Source: Isurus oxyrinchus
Lineage: Eukaryota
NCBI GenBank assembly: GCA_026770705.1
Contig: JANJGN010000102.1
Coordinates: forward strand, 186,001-250,000
DNA: 64,000 bases
Direction of reading: 5' to 3'
In this document: in pieces, positions 1-13,800 of the stretch
Layout: every line of letters starts with the position of its first letter
Position numbering within the stretch: the first letter of the stretch is position 1
The notes under the pieces: model-generated
Told to the model about the DNA's origin: nothing
The model's input: the letters and a program-made list of their open reading frames with translations, nothing else
Databases searched by the model: none
Position numbers and translations under genes: made by a program

Positions 1-76
1 TGTGCGCGCGCATCTGTCTGCCTGTGCGCGCGCATCTGTCTGCCTGCGTGTGTCTGCCTCTCTCCCCGTGTGCCCG

Positions 77-121
<45 letters not shown>

Positions 122-148
122 GTGTGTGTGTATGTATGAGTGAGTGTC
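1..148. repeat. (TG)n-rich microsatellite / low-complexity sequence
   Basis: Long tgtgtg run with tgta and tgag variants. Confidence 0.9.
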
Positions 149-261
149 AGCCTGTGGGAATGCCTCCTGTAAAGTGCTAGATCTTGCTCGTCTGAGAGGC
201 TCAAATTCCAATTCCAGCTGCAGTCTAGGTTGATGCAGGAGAAGTTCTGAACTGGGTCAGG

Positions 262-361
262 NNNNNNNNNNNNNNNNNNNNNNNNNNNNNNNNNNNNNNN
301 NNNNNNNNNNNNNNNNNNNNNNNNNNNNNNNNNNNNNNNNNNNNNNNNNNNNNNNNNNNNN
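262..361. other. Assembly gap (100 N)
   Basis: Run of exactly 100 N. Confidence 0.99.
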
Positions 362-1044
362 GTTAAATATTCTGCAAATTAAAGGCAGGATTTGACCAGT
401 GTTTGTGACACCCCCTCTGGAATTAATATATCGTTGTTACTCGGGATCTTCCTCGCTGTGTGAGAGAGGGTCCTGCAGGGATCCGTGCTGGGCTGCTCGA
501 ATTTTGTGAGCTTGTACGTGTTTGAAAGGGGTTTTGTAGGATGGAGTTTGTGGTGGGTCCACCACGGCAGACTGGGTTAGTTGTGGCTGGGGCTGTGCAC
601 AAGGTGCTGTGTGGTTGCACAACTACTTGTAAAAGGGTTTAGCAATGCTGTTTCACTAATATTTAACAATGAAAATTAAATTATACAACTGACTCTCTAT
701 TCTCTCTCTCCTTAATGGTTCCTTCTCTCTTCGTTGTGGTGTCTGAAGTCCTCCTGCTACCCCCCAATGATCGTACCCGAGTGCCAGTCAGTGATGAGCT
801 ATTCAACTGCACAAGACATCACAGCTGCTCCTTCAACACCAGCTCTCCCTTCAAGCTTCAGCCCGTCTGCTGTGGTCCAGAGGCTAGGAGACGGGAGTCT
901 GCAGTTTCTGTTCAGTTTACACCAGAGGCCATTCGGCCCTTCTGCTCCAGGCCAGCCTCCTCCCACCCTCTCTTCATCTCCCCCTACCCTTCTACCCCTT
1001 TCTCCGTCGTATGTTTATCCAACCACCCCCCCCCCCCCCCCCAC

Positions 1045-1360
1045 TTAAGCACGTCAACACTATTCATCTCGACCCCCTCCCTGTGGGAGCGAGTTCCACA
1101 TTCTCCCTGCTCTCTGGGTAAAGATGTTTCTCCTGAATTCCTCTCCCCCTCGCCCCCCGCCCCCGCCCCCGATTGGATTTATTAGTGACTGTCTTATATC
1201 GATGGCTCCCTAGTCCTGGTCTCTCTTCCACAAGTGGAAACATCTCTATGTCCACCCTATCGAAACCCCCTTCATCATTTTAAAGAGCTCGATCAGGTCA
1301 CCCCCTCAGCCTCCTCTTTTCTAGAGTAAAAAGCCCCGGCCTGTTCAATCTTTCCTGATG
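1045..1360 (-). mobile_element. CR1-type LINE 3' fragment
   Basis: The reverse strand reads as the CR1 ORF2 C-terminus (LFxLEKRRLRGDLIE..., MFPLVEE...GHRYK, WNSL). Boundaries are approximate. Confidence 0.75.
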
Positions 1361-1477
1361 GTTTAATTCCTCTAAACTAAGAGGTTATAAATAAGTTAGA
1401 ATCTGAAGGGGGTTACGCCATCTGAGTCCCCACCCACCCCGTTAAACCCCGAATATTAATGCTTCCCCACACACGCA

Positions 1478-1483
1478 TTTATT
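1478..1483 (-). terminator. Candidate FTSJ1 polyadenylation signal AATAAA
   Basis: tttatt on the + strand, about 90 nt past the FTSJ1 stop codon in AT-rich 3' UTR-like sequence. Confidence 0.6.
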
Positions 1484-1573
1484 TACACTTTTAATTAATT
1501 GCTCATCAGTTTTTAAAAACAGCAGATGTGTAGTTGTGACTGAAACATTAAACTCAAAAGTTGGTCTTGGATT

Positions 1574-1864
1574 TTAAACGGGCTGGGTTACAGACAAGCC
1601 TCCGAATGCTCCGGCGATGTCACTCTCCTTGGCCAGGGGCAGCACTGTCGGCTCCAAGGGCAAGGGAGGCTGCTCTGAGGGTGAGTCGGGCCTCCCCGAG
1701 GGTGAGGGGGACTCCTCGGAGGGTGGGTCGAGTCTCTCCGAGGGCGAGGGGGCTCGCTCCTTGGCCAGAAGGTTATTCTTCTTCAAGAAACATGCCTCCT
1801 GATAGGGAGGGCGGATGGGAGGCTGGGTGGGTGGCGTGTAGGTGTACTCCTTACTGGGATCCAG
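1574..1864 (-). CDS. FTSJ1: FTSJ1 last coding exon (291 nt including TAA)
   Basis: [36 protein letters not shown] followed by a P/S/E-rich tail; acceptor ttccctgtag. Confidence 0.93.
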   Translation of the reverse strand: MDPSKEYTYTPPTQPPIRPPYQEACFLKKNNLLAKERAPSPSERLDPPSEESPSPSGRPDSPSEQPPLPLEPTVLPLAKESDIAGAFGGLSVTQPV

Positions 1865-4800
1865 CTACAGGGAAGAGAACAGAAAGGGAAGAGTTACAAC
1901 CGAAACGTGAACCAACCAGACCCTTCCCACCGTCCCTCAGGTGTTGTCTGACTCAGGAGGCCATGGGATTCAGGGCCTCACTCCAGAGACCTGATCGTAT
2001 AATATGGACTCGCCATGCTGATGGGCGCAGTGCTGCATGAGGGTCAGTGTGGAGGGGGCGTGGCGCTACGTGGGGGTCAGTGTGGAGGGGGCGTGGCACT
2101 GCGGGTGGGTCAGTGTGGAGGGGGCATGGCGCTGCGGGGAGGGTCAGTGTGGAGGGGGCGTGGCACTGCGGGTGGGTCAGTGTGGAGGGGGGCGTGGCGC
2201 TGCGGGTGGGTCAGTGTGGAGGGGGCGTGGTGCTGCAGGAGGGTCAGTGTGGAGGGGGGAGGGGGCGTGGTGCTGCGGGAGGGTCAGTGTGGAGGAGGAG
2301 AGGGCATGGCGCTTCAGGAGGGTCAGTGTGGAGGGGGGCGTGGTGCTGCGGGAGGGTCAGTGTGGAGAGGGCGTGGCGCTGCGGAAGGGTGTGTGGAGGG
2401 GGGAGCGTGGCGCTGCAGGAGGGTCAGTGTGGAGAGGGGCGTGGCGCTGCGGGAGGGTCAGTGTGGAGAGGGCGTGGCGCTGCAGGAGGGTCAGTGTGGA
2501 GGGGGTGTGGCACTGCGGGAGGGTCAGTGTGGAGGGGGAGGGGGCGTGGCGCTGTGGGAGGGTCAGTGTGGAGAGGGCGTGGCGCTGCGGGAGGGTCAGT
2601 GTGGAGAGGGCATGGCGCTGCGGGAGGGTCAGTGTGGAGAGGGCGTGGCGCTGCGGGACGGTCAGTGTAGCGGGGGGGTGTGGCGCTGCGGGAGGGTCAG
2701 TGTGGAGGGGGCGTGGCGCTGCGGGAGGGTCAGTGTGGAGGGGGGGAGTGGCGCTGCAGGAGGGTCAGTGTGGAGAGGGCGTGGCGCTGCGGGAGGGTCA
2801 GTGTGGAGGGGCGTGGCGCTGCGGGAGGGTCAGTGTGGAGAGGGCGTGGTGCTGCGGGAGGGTCAGTGTGGAGGGGCGTGGCGCTGCGGTTGGGTCAGTG
2901 TGGAGGGGGTGTGGCGCTGCGGGACGGTCAGTGTAGCGGGGGGTATGGCGCTGCGGGAGGGTCAGTGTGGAGGGGCGTGGCGCTGCGGGAGGGTCAATGT
3001 GGAGGGGTGTGGTGCTGCGGGAGGGTCAGTGTGGAGGGGCGTGGCGCTGCGGGAGGGTCAGTGTGGAGGGGGCGTGGCGCTGCGGGAGGGTCAGTGTGGA
3101 GAGGGCGTGGCGCTGCGGGAGGGTCAGTGTGGAGAGGGCGTGGCGCTGCGGGAGGGTCTGTGTGGAGGGGCGTGGCGCTGCGGGAGGGTCTGTGTGGAGG
3201 GGTGTGGTGCTGCGGGGAGGGTCAGTGTGGAGGGGGGCGTGGCGCTGCGGGAGGGTCAGTGTGGAGGGTGCGTGGCGCTGCGGGAGGGTCAGTGTGGAGG
3301 GGGTGTGGCGCTGCGGGAGGGTCAGTGTGGAGGGGGGGCGTGGCGCCGCGGGAGGGTCAGTGTGGAGAGGGCGTGGCGCCGCGGGAGGGTCAGTGTGGAG
3401 AGGGCGTGGCGCCGCGGGAGGGTCAGTGTGGAGGGGGGCGTGGCGCTGCGGGAGGGTCAGTGTGGAGGGGGGGTGTGGCGCTGCGGGAGGGTCAGTGTGG
3501 AGGGGCGTGGCGCTGCGGGAGGGTCAGTGTGGAGGGGCGTGGCGCTGCGGGACGGTCAGTGTGGAGGGGGCGTGGCGCTGCGGGAGGGTCAGTGTGGAGA
3601 GGGTGTGGTGCTGCGGGAGGGTCAGTGTGGAGGGGCGTGGCGCTGCGGGAGGGTCAGTGTGGAGGGGCGTGGCGCTGCGGGAGGGTCAGTGTGGAGGGGG
3701 CATGGCGCTGCAGGAGGGTCAGTGTGGAGAGGGTGTGGTGCTGCAGGAGGGTCAGTGTGGAGGGGGCATGGCGCTGCAGGAGGGTCAGTGTGGAGAGGGT
3801 GTGGTGCTGCAGGAGGGTCAGTGTGGAGGGGGCATGGCGCTGCAGGAGGGTCAGTGTGGAGGGGCGTGGCGCTGCGGGAGGGTCAGTGTGGAGGGGCGTG
3901 GCGCTGCGGGAGGGTCAGTGTGGAGGGGGCATGGCGCTGCAGGAGGGTCAGTGTGGAGAGGGTGTGGTGCTGCAGGAGGGTCAGTGTGGAGGGGGCATGG
4001 CGCTGCAGGAGGGTCAGTGTGGAGAGGGTGTGGTGCTGCGGGAGGGTCAGTGTGGAGGGGGGTGTGGCGCTGCAGGAGGGTCAGTGTGGAGGGGCGTGGC
4101 GCTGCGGGAGGGTCAGTGTGGAGGGGCATGGCGCTGCGGGAGGGTGTTTCAGATGAAATGATAAAGCCGAGTGCCCTCTAAAGTGGATGCTGAAAATTCC
4201 ACTATTAGCGAGTCCCTCAGCAGCGCCTCGGGGGCGTCGGTCTGTATTCTTATGCTCTAGATTCCCTGGGGTGGGGCCTGTGACCCCCGAGTCCTGCACC
4301 CACTCTTCCGGCTCCTGAAGCCTTCTGACAGCTGTAAACAATGTCGGAACAGCAGGAGCCACTCGGCCCCCCGAGTGTGCTCTGCCTCTCAGCGGCCATG
4401 CCTGATCCGCTGAACTCCACATACCCGCCTTCGACCCCACATCCCTCAACACCTTTTTATTTTAAAAAAATCACTCAGATTTAAGATCAGCGATTGAGCC
4501 GTGGTTTGGGGAAGTGTCTTTGAAACTCTGACCACCCTTTTAGACTCTGCTCCCTCGTCCCAGACTCCCCCAACTGGCTTTCTTTCAGTGTTCTGGCCTG
4601 TTGTCGTTCTGTCAGCGTGACAGCGGCTCCCTGCCCCCACCTGTAGGGGATAGGTCTTGTCGGAGTCGTAGGCACTGAGGTCACCACATGCGAGGAATGG
4701 CACGATGAACCTATTGGGGCCTTCAAGCTGGTTAAAGTCCACATCTGGGGAAAGAGGGAGGAAAACACCGAGTGTAACGACAACTTACATTTATATAGCG

Positions 4801-7800
4801 CCCTTAACACAATGAGACATCCCTGTGGCGCTTTACCAGAGTGTCATGAAACAAAGTATGACCACCCCCATCCACCACCCGCCGTGAGCCACATGAGACC
4901 TTAGGGACAGTTGGCCAAAAGCTCAGTTTTAAGGTGTGTCTTAAAGGAGGGCAGAGAGAGGCGGAGAGGTTTAGGGAGGGAATTCCAGAGATCAGCCGCA
5001 CCGCTGCAACACCCCCCCCCCCCCCCACCCCGTCCCCAGGCAGCTGAAGGCACAGCCGCCAATGGTGGAGCGATGGGAATCGGGGGATGCTCAAGAGGCC
5101 GGAATTGGAGGAGTGCAGAGATCTCGGAGGATTCTGGGGGATTACAGAGATAGGGAGGGTTGTAGGGGTTGTAGGAGGTTACAGAGATAGGGAGGGTTGT
5201 AGGGGTTGTAGGAGGTTACAGAGATAGGGAGGGTTGTAGGGGCTGGAGTGAGGTTACAGAGATAGGGGGGGTTGTAGGAGGTTACAGAGATAGGGAGGGG
5301 TGTAGGGGCTGGAGGAGGTTACAGAGATAGGGAGGGTTGTAGGGGCTGGAGTGAGGTTACAGAGATAGGGAGGGTTGTAGGGGGCTGGAGGAGGTTACAG
5401 AGATAGGGAGGGGTGTAGAAGCTGGAGGACGTTACAGAGATAGGGAGGGGTGTAGGGGCTGGAGGAGGTTACAGAGATAGGGAGGGTGAAGGGACAGGAG
5501 GAGGTTACAGAGATAGGGAGGGGTGTAGGGGCTGGAGGAGGTTACAGAGATAGGGAGGGCGGTAGGGGCTGGAGAAGGTTAGAGATAGGGAGGGTTGTAG
5601 GGGTTGTAGGAGGTTACAGAGATAGGGAGGGGTGTAGGGGCTGGAGGAGGTTACAGAGATAGGGAGGGTTGTAGGGGCTGGAGTGAGGTTACAGAGATAG
5701 GGAGGGTTGTAGGGGGCTGGAGGAGGTTACAGAGATAGGGAGGGGTGTAGAAGCTTGAGGAGGTTACAGAGATAGGGAGGGGTGTAGGGGCTGGAGGAGG
5801 TTACAGAGATAGGGAGGGGTGTAGGGGCTGGAGGAGGTTACAGAGATAGGGAGGGTGTAGGGACAGGAGGGGGTTACAGAGATAGGGGTGTAGGAGCTGG
5901 AGGAGGTTACAGAGATAGGGAGAGGTGTAGGGGCTGGAGGAGGTTACAGAGATAGGGAGGGTGTAGGGACAGGAGGAGGTTACAGAGATAGGGAGGGATG
6001 TAGGGGCTGGAGGAGGTTACAGAAATAGGGAGGGGTGTAGGGACTGGAGGAGGTTACAGAGATAGGGAGGGTTGTAGGTGCTGGAGGAGGTTACAGAGAT
6101 AGGGAGGGGTGTAGAAGCTGGAGGAGGTTACAGAGATAGGGAGGGGTGTAGGGGCTGGAGGAGGTTACAGAGATAGGGAGGGTGAAGGGACAGGAGGAGG
6201 TTACAGAGATAGGGAGGGGTGAAGGGGCTGGAGGAGGTTACAGAGATAGGGAGGGGTGTAGGGGCTGGAGGAGGTTACAGAGATAGGGAGGGTTGTAGGG
6301 GTTGTAGGAGGTTACAGAGATAGGGAGGGGTGTAGGGCCTGGAGGAGGTTACAGAGATAGGGAGGGTTGTAGGGGCTGGAGTGAGGTTACAGAGATAGGG
6401 AGGGTTGTAGGGGGCTGGAGGAGGTTACAGAGATAGGGAGGGGTGTAGAAGCTTGAGGAGGTTACAGAGATAGGGAGGGGTGTAGGGGCTGGAGGAGGTT
6501 ACAGAGATAGGGAGGGTGTAGGGACAGGAGGAGGTGACAGAGATAGGGGTGTAGGGACAGGAGGAGGTGACAGAGATAGGGAGGGGTGTAGGGGCTGGAG
6601 GAGGTTACAGAGATAGGGAGGGGTGTAGGGGCTGGAGGAGGTTACAGAGATAGGGAGGGTGTAGGGACAGGAGGGGGTTACAGAGATAGGGGTGTAGGAG
6701 CTGGAGGAGGTTACAGAGATAGGGAGGGGTGTAGGGGCTGGAGGAGGTTACAGAGATAGGGAGGGTGTAGGGACAGGAGGAGGTTACAGAGATAGGGAGG
6801 GATGTAGGGGCTGGAGGTTACAGAAATAGGGAGGGGTGTAGGGACTGGAGGAGGTTACAGAGATAGGGAGGGGTGTACGGGCTGGAGGAGGTTACAGAGA
6901 TAGGGAGGGGTGTAGGGGCTGGGTGAGGTTACAGAGATAGGGAGCAGTGTAGGGGCTGGAGGAGGTTACAGAGATAGGGAGGGGTGAAGGGGCTGGACGA
7001 GGTTACAGAGATAGGGAGGGTTGTAGGGGTTGTAGGAGGTTACAGAGATAGGGAGGGTTGTATGGGCTGGAGGAGGTTACAGAGATAGGGAGGGGTGTAG
7101 GAGGTTACACAGATAGAGGGTTGTAGGGGCTGGAGGAGGTTACAGAGATAGGGAGGGTTGTAGGAGGTTACAGAGATAGGGAGGGTTGTATGGGCTGGAG
7201 GAGGTTACAGAGATAGGGAGGGGTGTAGGGGCTGGAGGAGGTTACAGAGATAGGGAGGGGTGTACGGGCTGGAGGAGGTTACAGAGATAAGGATGGGGTG
7301 TAGGGGCTGGAGGAGGTTACAGAGATAGGGAGAGATGTAGGGGCTAGAGGAGATTACAGAGATAGGGAGGGTTGTAGGGGCTAGAGGAGGTTACAGAGAG
7401 AGGGAGGGTTGTAGGGGCTGGAGGAGGTTGCAGAGATAGGGAGGGGTGTAGGGGCTGGAGGAGGTTACAGAGATAGGAGTGTAGGGGCTGGAGTGAGGAT
7501 ACAGTGATAGGGAGGGTTGTAGGGGCTGGAGGAGGTTACAGAGATAGGGAATGTTGTAGGGGCTGGAGGAGGTTACAGAGATAGGGAGGGTTGTAGGGGC
7601 TGGAGGAGGTTACAGAGATAGGGAGGGGTGTCGGGGCTGGAGGAGGTTACAGAGATAGGAGGGTTGTAGGGCCTGGAAGAGGTTACAGAGATAGGGAGGG
7701 TTGTAGGGGCTGGAGGAGGTTACAGAGAGAGGGGGAGGTGTAGGGGCTGGAGGAGGTTACAGAGAGAGGGAATGTTGTAGGGGCTGGAGGAGGTTACAGA

Positions 7801-10800
7801 GATAGGGAGGGTTGTAGGGGCTGGAGGAGGTTACAGAGATAGGGAGGGGTGTCGGGGCTGGAGGAGGTTACAGAGATAGGAGGGTTGTAGGGGCTGGAAG
7901 AGGTTACAGTGATAGGGAGGGTTGTAGGGGCTGGAGGAGGTTACAGAGAGAGGGGGAGGTGTAGGGGCTGGAGGAGGTTACAGAGAGAGGGAGGGTTGTA
8001 GGGGCTAGAGGAGGTTATAGAGATAGGGAGGGGTGTAGGAGCTGGAGGAGGTTACAGAGAGAGGGAGAGGTGTAGGGGCTGGAGGAGGTTACAGAGAGAG
8101 GGAGGGTTGTAGTGGCTGGAGGAGGTTACAGAGATAGGGAGGCTTGTAGGGGCTGGAGGAGGTTACAGAGATAGGGAGGGTTGTAGGGGCTGGAGTGAGG
8201 TTACAGAGATAGGGAGGGTTGTAGGGGCTGGAGGAGGTTACAGAGATAGGGAGGGGTGTCGTGGCTGGAGGAGGTTACAGAGATAGGAGGGTTGTAGGGG
8301 CTGGAGGAGGTTACAGAGATAGGGAGGGTTGTAGGGGCTGGAGGAGGTTACAGAGAGAGGGAGGGTTGTAGGGGCTGGAGGAGGTTACAGAGATAGGGAG
8401 GGTTGTAGGGGCTGGACGAGGTTACAAAGTGAGGGAGGGGTGTAGGGGCTGGAGGAGGTTACAGAGAGAGGAAAGGTTGTAGGGGCTGGACGAGGTTACA
8501 GAGAGAGGGAGGGGTGTAGGGGCTGTAGGAGATTACAGAGATAGGGAGGGTTGTAGGGGCTGGAGGAGGTTACAGAGATAGGGAGCAGTGTAGGGGCTGG
8601 AGGAGGTTACAGAGAGAGGGAGGGGTGTCGGGGCTGGTGGAGGTTACAGAGCAAGGGAGGTGTGTTGGGGCTGGACGAGGTTACAGAGATAGGGAGGGTT
8701 GTAGGGGCTGGAGGAGGTTACAGAGATAGGGAGGGGGGGTAGGGGCTGGAGGAGGTTACAGAGATAGGGGTGTAGGGGCTGGAGGAGGTTACAGAGATAG
8801 GGAGGGTTGTAGGGGCTGGAGGAGGTTACAGAGATAGGGAGGGGTGTCGTGGCTGGAGGAGGTTACAGAGATAGGAGGGTTGTAGGGGCTGGAGGAGGTT
8901 ACAGAGATAGGGAGGGTTGTAGGGGCTGGAGGAGGTTACAGAGATAGGGAGGGTGTAGGGACAGGAGGGGGTTACAGAGATAGGGGTGTAGGAGCTGGAG
9001 GAGGTTACAGAGATAGGGAGAGGTGTAGGGGCTGGACGAGGTTACAGAGATAGGGAGGGTGTAGGGACAGGAGGAGGTTACAGAGATAGGGAGGGATGTA
9101 GGGGCTGGAGGAGGTTACAGAAATAGGGAGGGGTGTAGGGACTGGAGGAGGTTACAGAGATAGGGAGGGTTGTAGGTGCTGGAGTGACGTTACAGAGATA
9201 GGGAGGGTTGTAGGGGGCTGGAGGAGGTTACAGAGATAGGGAGGGGTGTAGAAGCTTGAGGAGGTTACAGAGATAGGGAGGGGTGTAGGGGCTGGAGGAG
9301 GTTACAGAGATAGGGAGGGTGTAGGGACAGGAGGAGGTGACAGAGATAGGGAGGGGTGTAGGGACAGGAGGAGGTGACAGAGATAGGGAGGGGTGTAGGG
9401 GCTGGAGGAGGTTACAGAGATAGGGAGGGGTGTAGGGGCTGGAGGAGGTTACAGAGATAGGGAGGGTGTAGGGACAGGAGGGGGTTACAGAGATAGGGGT
9501 GTAGGAGCTGGAGGAGGTTACAGAGATAGGGAGGGGTGTAGGGGCTGGAGGAGGTTACAGAGATAGGGAGGGTGTAGGGACAGGAGGAGGTTACAGAGAT
9601 AGGGAGGGATGTAGGGGCTGGAGGTTACAGAAATAGGGAGGGGTGTAGGGACTGGAGGAGGTTACAGAGATAGGGAGGGGTGTACGGGCTGGGTGAGGTT
9701 ACAGAGATAGGGAGCAGTGTAGGGGCTGGAGGAGGTTACAGAGATAGGGAGGGGTGAAGGGGCTGGACGAGGTTACAGAGATAGGGAGGGTTGTAGGGGT
9801 TGTAGGAGGTTACAGAGATAGGAAGGGTTGTATGGGCTGGAGGAGGTTACAGAGATAGGGAGGGGTGTAGGAGGTTACACAGATAGAGGGTTGTAGGGGC
9901 TGGAGGAGGTTACAGAGATAGGGAGGGTTGTAGGAGGTTACAGAGATAGGGAGGGTTGTATGGGCTGGAGGAGGTTACAGAGATAGGGAGGGGTGTAGGG
10001 GCTGGAGGAGGTTACAGAGATAGGGAGGGGTGTACGGGCTGGAGGAGGTTACAGAGATAAGAATGGGGTGTAGGGGCTGGAGGAGGTTACAGAGATAGGG
10101 AGAGATGTAGGGGCTAGAGGAGATTACAGAGATAGGGAGGGTTGTAGGGGGTAGAGGAGGTTGCAGAGATAGGGAGGGGTGTAGGGGCTGGAGGAGGTTA
10201 CAGAGATAGGAGTGTAGGGGCTGGAGTGAGGATACAGTGATAGGGAGGGTTGTAGGGGCTGGAGGAGGTTACAGAGATAGGGAATGTTGTAGGGGCTGGA
10301 GGAGGTTACAGAGATAGGGAGGGTTGTATGGGCTGGAGGAGGTTACAGAGATAGGGAGGGGTGTAGGGGCTGGAGGAGGTTACAGAGATAGGGAGGGGTG
10401 TACGGGCTGGAGGAGGTTACAGAGATAAGAATGGGGTGTAGGGGCTGGAGGAGGTTACAGAGATAGGGAGAGATGTAGGGGCTAGAGGAGATTACAGAGA
10501 GAGGGAGGGTTGTAGGGGCTGGAGGAGGTTGCAGAGATAGGGAGGGGTGTAGGGGCTGGAGGAGGTTACAGAGATAGGAGTGTAGGGGCTGGAGTGAGGA
10601 TACAGTGATAGGGAGGGTTGTAGGGGCTGGAGGAGGTTACAGAGATAGGGAATGTTGTAGGGGCTGGAGGAGGTTACAGAGATAGGGAGGGTTGTAGGGG
10701 CTGGAGGAGGTTACAGAGAGAGGGAGGGTTGTAGGGGCTGGAGGAGGTTACAGAGATAGGGAGGGTTGTAGGGGCTGGACGAGGTTACAGAGTGAGGGAG

Positions 10801-13800
10801 GGGTGTAGGGGCTGGAGGAGGTTACAGAGAGAGGAAAGGTTGTAGGGGCTGGACGAGGTTACAGAGAGAGGGAGGGGTGTAGGGGCTGTAGGAGATTACA
10901 GAGATAGGGAGGGTTGTAGGGGCTGGAGGAGGTTACAGAGATAGGGAGCAGTGTAGGGGCTGGAGGAGGTTACAGAGAGAGGGAGGGGTGTCGGGGCTGG
11001 TGGAGGTTACAGAGCAAGGGAGGTGTGTTGGGGCTGGACGAGGTTACAGAGATAGGGAGGGTTGTAGGGGCTGGAGGAGGTTACAGAGATAGGGAGGGGT
11101 GTAGGGGCTGGAGGAGGTTACAGAGATAGGGGTGTAGGGGCTGGAGGAGGTTACAGAGATAGGGAGGGTTGTAGGGGCTGGAGGAGGTTACAGAGATAGG
11201 GAGGGGTGTCGTGGCTGGAGGAGGTTACAGAGATAGGAGGGTTGTAGGGGCTGGAGGAGGTTACAGAGATAGGGAGGGTTGTAGGGGCTGGAGGAGGTTA
11301 CAGAGATAGGGAGGGTGTAGGGACAGGAGGAGGTTACAGAGATAGGGGTGTAGGAGCTGGAGGAGGTTGCAGAGATAGGGAGAGGTGTAGGGGCTGGAGG
11401 AGGTTACAGAGATAGGGAGGGTGTAGGGACAGGAGGAGGTTACAGAGATAGGGAGGGATGTAGGGGCTGGAGGAGGTTACAGAAATAGGGAGGGGTGTAG
11501 GGACTGGAGGAGGTTACAGAGATAGGGAGGGTTGTAGGTGCTGGAGGAGGTTACAGAGATAGGGAGGGGTGTAGAAGCTGGAGGAGGTTACAGAGATAGG
11601 GAGGGGTGTAGGGGCTGGAGGAGGTTACAGAGATAGGGAGGGTGAAGGGACAGGAGGAGGTTACAGAGATAGGGAGGGGTGTAGGGGCTGGAGGAGGTTA
11701 CAGAGATAGGAGTGTAGGGGCTGGAGTGAGGATACAGTGATAGGGAGGGTTGTAGGGGCTGGAGGAGGTTACAGAGATAGGGAATGTTGTAGGGGCTGGA
11801 GGAGGTTACAGAGATAGGGAGGGTTGTAGGGGCTGGAGGAGGTTACAGAGAGAGGGAGGGTTGTAGGGGCTGGAGGAGGTTACAGAGATAGGGAGGGTTG
11901 TAGGGGCTGGACGAGGTTACAGAGTGAGGGAGGGGTGTAGGGGCTGGAGGAGGTTACAGAGAGAGGAAAGGTTGTAGGGGCTGGACGAGGTTACAGAGAG
12001 AGGGAGGGGTGTAGGGGCTGTAGGAGATTACAGAGATAGGGAGGGTTGTAGGGGCTGGAGGAGGTTACAGAGATAGGGAGCAGTGTAGGGGCTGGAGGAG
12101 GTTACAGAGAGAGGGAGGGGTGTCGGGGCTGGTGGAGGTTACAGAGCAAGGGAGGTGTGTTGGGGCTGGACGAAGTTACAGAGATAGGGAGGGTTGTAGG
12201 GGCTGGAGGAGGTTACAGAGATAGGGAGGGGTGTAGGGGCTGGAGGAGGTTACAGAGATAGGGGTGTAGGGGCTGGAGGAGGTTACAGAGATAGGGAGGG
12301 TTGTAGGGGCTGGAGGAGGTTACAGAGATAGGGAGGGGTGTCGTGGCTGGAGGAGGTTACAGAGATACGAGTGTTGTAGGGGCTGGAGGAGGTTACAGAG
12401 ATAGGGAGGGTTGTAGGGGCTGGAGGAGGTTACAGAGATAGGGAGGGTGTAGGGACAGGAGGAGGTTACAGAGATAGGGGTGTAGGAGCTGGAGGAGGTT
12501 ACAGAGATAGGGAGAGGTGTAGGGGCTGGAGGAGGTTACAGAGATAGGGAGGGTGTAGGGACAGGAGGAGGTTACAGAGATAGGGAGGGATGTAGGGGCT
12601 GGAGGAGGTTACAGAAATAGGGAGGGGTGTAGGGACTGGAGGAGGTTACAGAGATAGGGAGGGTTGTAGGTGCTGGAGGAGGTTACAGAGATAGGGAGGG
12701 GTGTAGAAGCTGGAGGAGGTTACAGAGATAGGGAGGGGTGTAGGGGCTGGAGGAGGTTACAGAGATAGGGAGGGTGAAGGGACAGGAGGAGGTTACAGAG
12801 ATAGGGAGGGGTGTAGGGGCTGGAGGAGGTTACAGAGATAGGGAGGGGTGTAGGGGCTGGAGGAGGTTACAGAGATAGGGAGGGTTGTAGGGGTTGTAGG
12901 AGGTTACAGAGATAGGGAGGGGTGTAGGGCCTGGAGGAGGTTACAGAGATAGGGAGGGTTGTAGGGGCTGGAGTGAGGTTACAGAGATAGGGAGGGTTGT
13001 AGGGGGTTGGAGGAGGTTACAGAGAGAGGGAGGGTTGTAGGGGCTGGAGGAGGTTACAGAGATAGGGAGGGTTGTAGGGGCTGGACGAGGTTACAGAGTG
13101 AGGGAGGGGTGTAGGGGCTGGAGGAGGTTACAGAGAGAGGAAAGGTTGTAGGGGCTGGACGAGGTTACAGAGAGAGGGAGGGGTGTAGGGGCTGTAGGAG
13201 ATTACAGAGATAGGGAGGGTTGTAGGGGCTGGAGGAGGTTACAGAGATAGGGAGCAGTGTAGGGGCTGGAGGAGGTTACAGAGAGAGGGAGGGGTGTCGG
13301 GGCTGGTGGAGGTTACAGAGCAAGGGAGGTGTGTTGGGGCTGGACGAGGTTACAGAGATAGGGAGGGTTGTAGGGGCTGGAGGAGGTTACAGAGATAGGG
13401 AGGGGTGTAGGGGCTGGAGGAGGTTACAGAGATAGGGGTGTAGGGGCTGGAGGAGGTTACAGAGATAGGGAGGGTTGTAGGGGCTGGAGGAGGTTACAGA
13501 GATAGGGAGGGGTGTCGTGGCTGGAGGAGGTTACAGAGATAGGAGGGTTGTAGGGGCTGGAGGAGGTTACAGAGATAGGGAGGGTTGTAGGGGCTGGAGG
13601 AGGTTACAGAGATAGGGAGGGTGTAGGGACAGGAGGAGGTTACAGAGATAGGGGTGTAGGAGCTGGAGGAGGTTGCAGAGATAGGGAGAGGTGTAGGGGC
13701 TGGAGGAGGTTACAGAGATAGGGAGGGTGTAGGGACAGGAGGAGGTTACAGAGATAGGGAGGGATGTAGGGGCTGGAGGAGGTTACAGAAATAGGGAGGG

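Noticed and set aside
2015-4181. ORFs of 207-713 aa in all three + frames
   Set aside because: Translations of a stop-free GC-rich minisatellite, antisense within an FTSJ1 intron.
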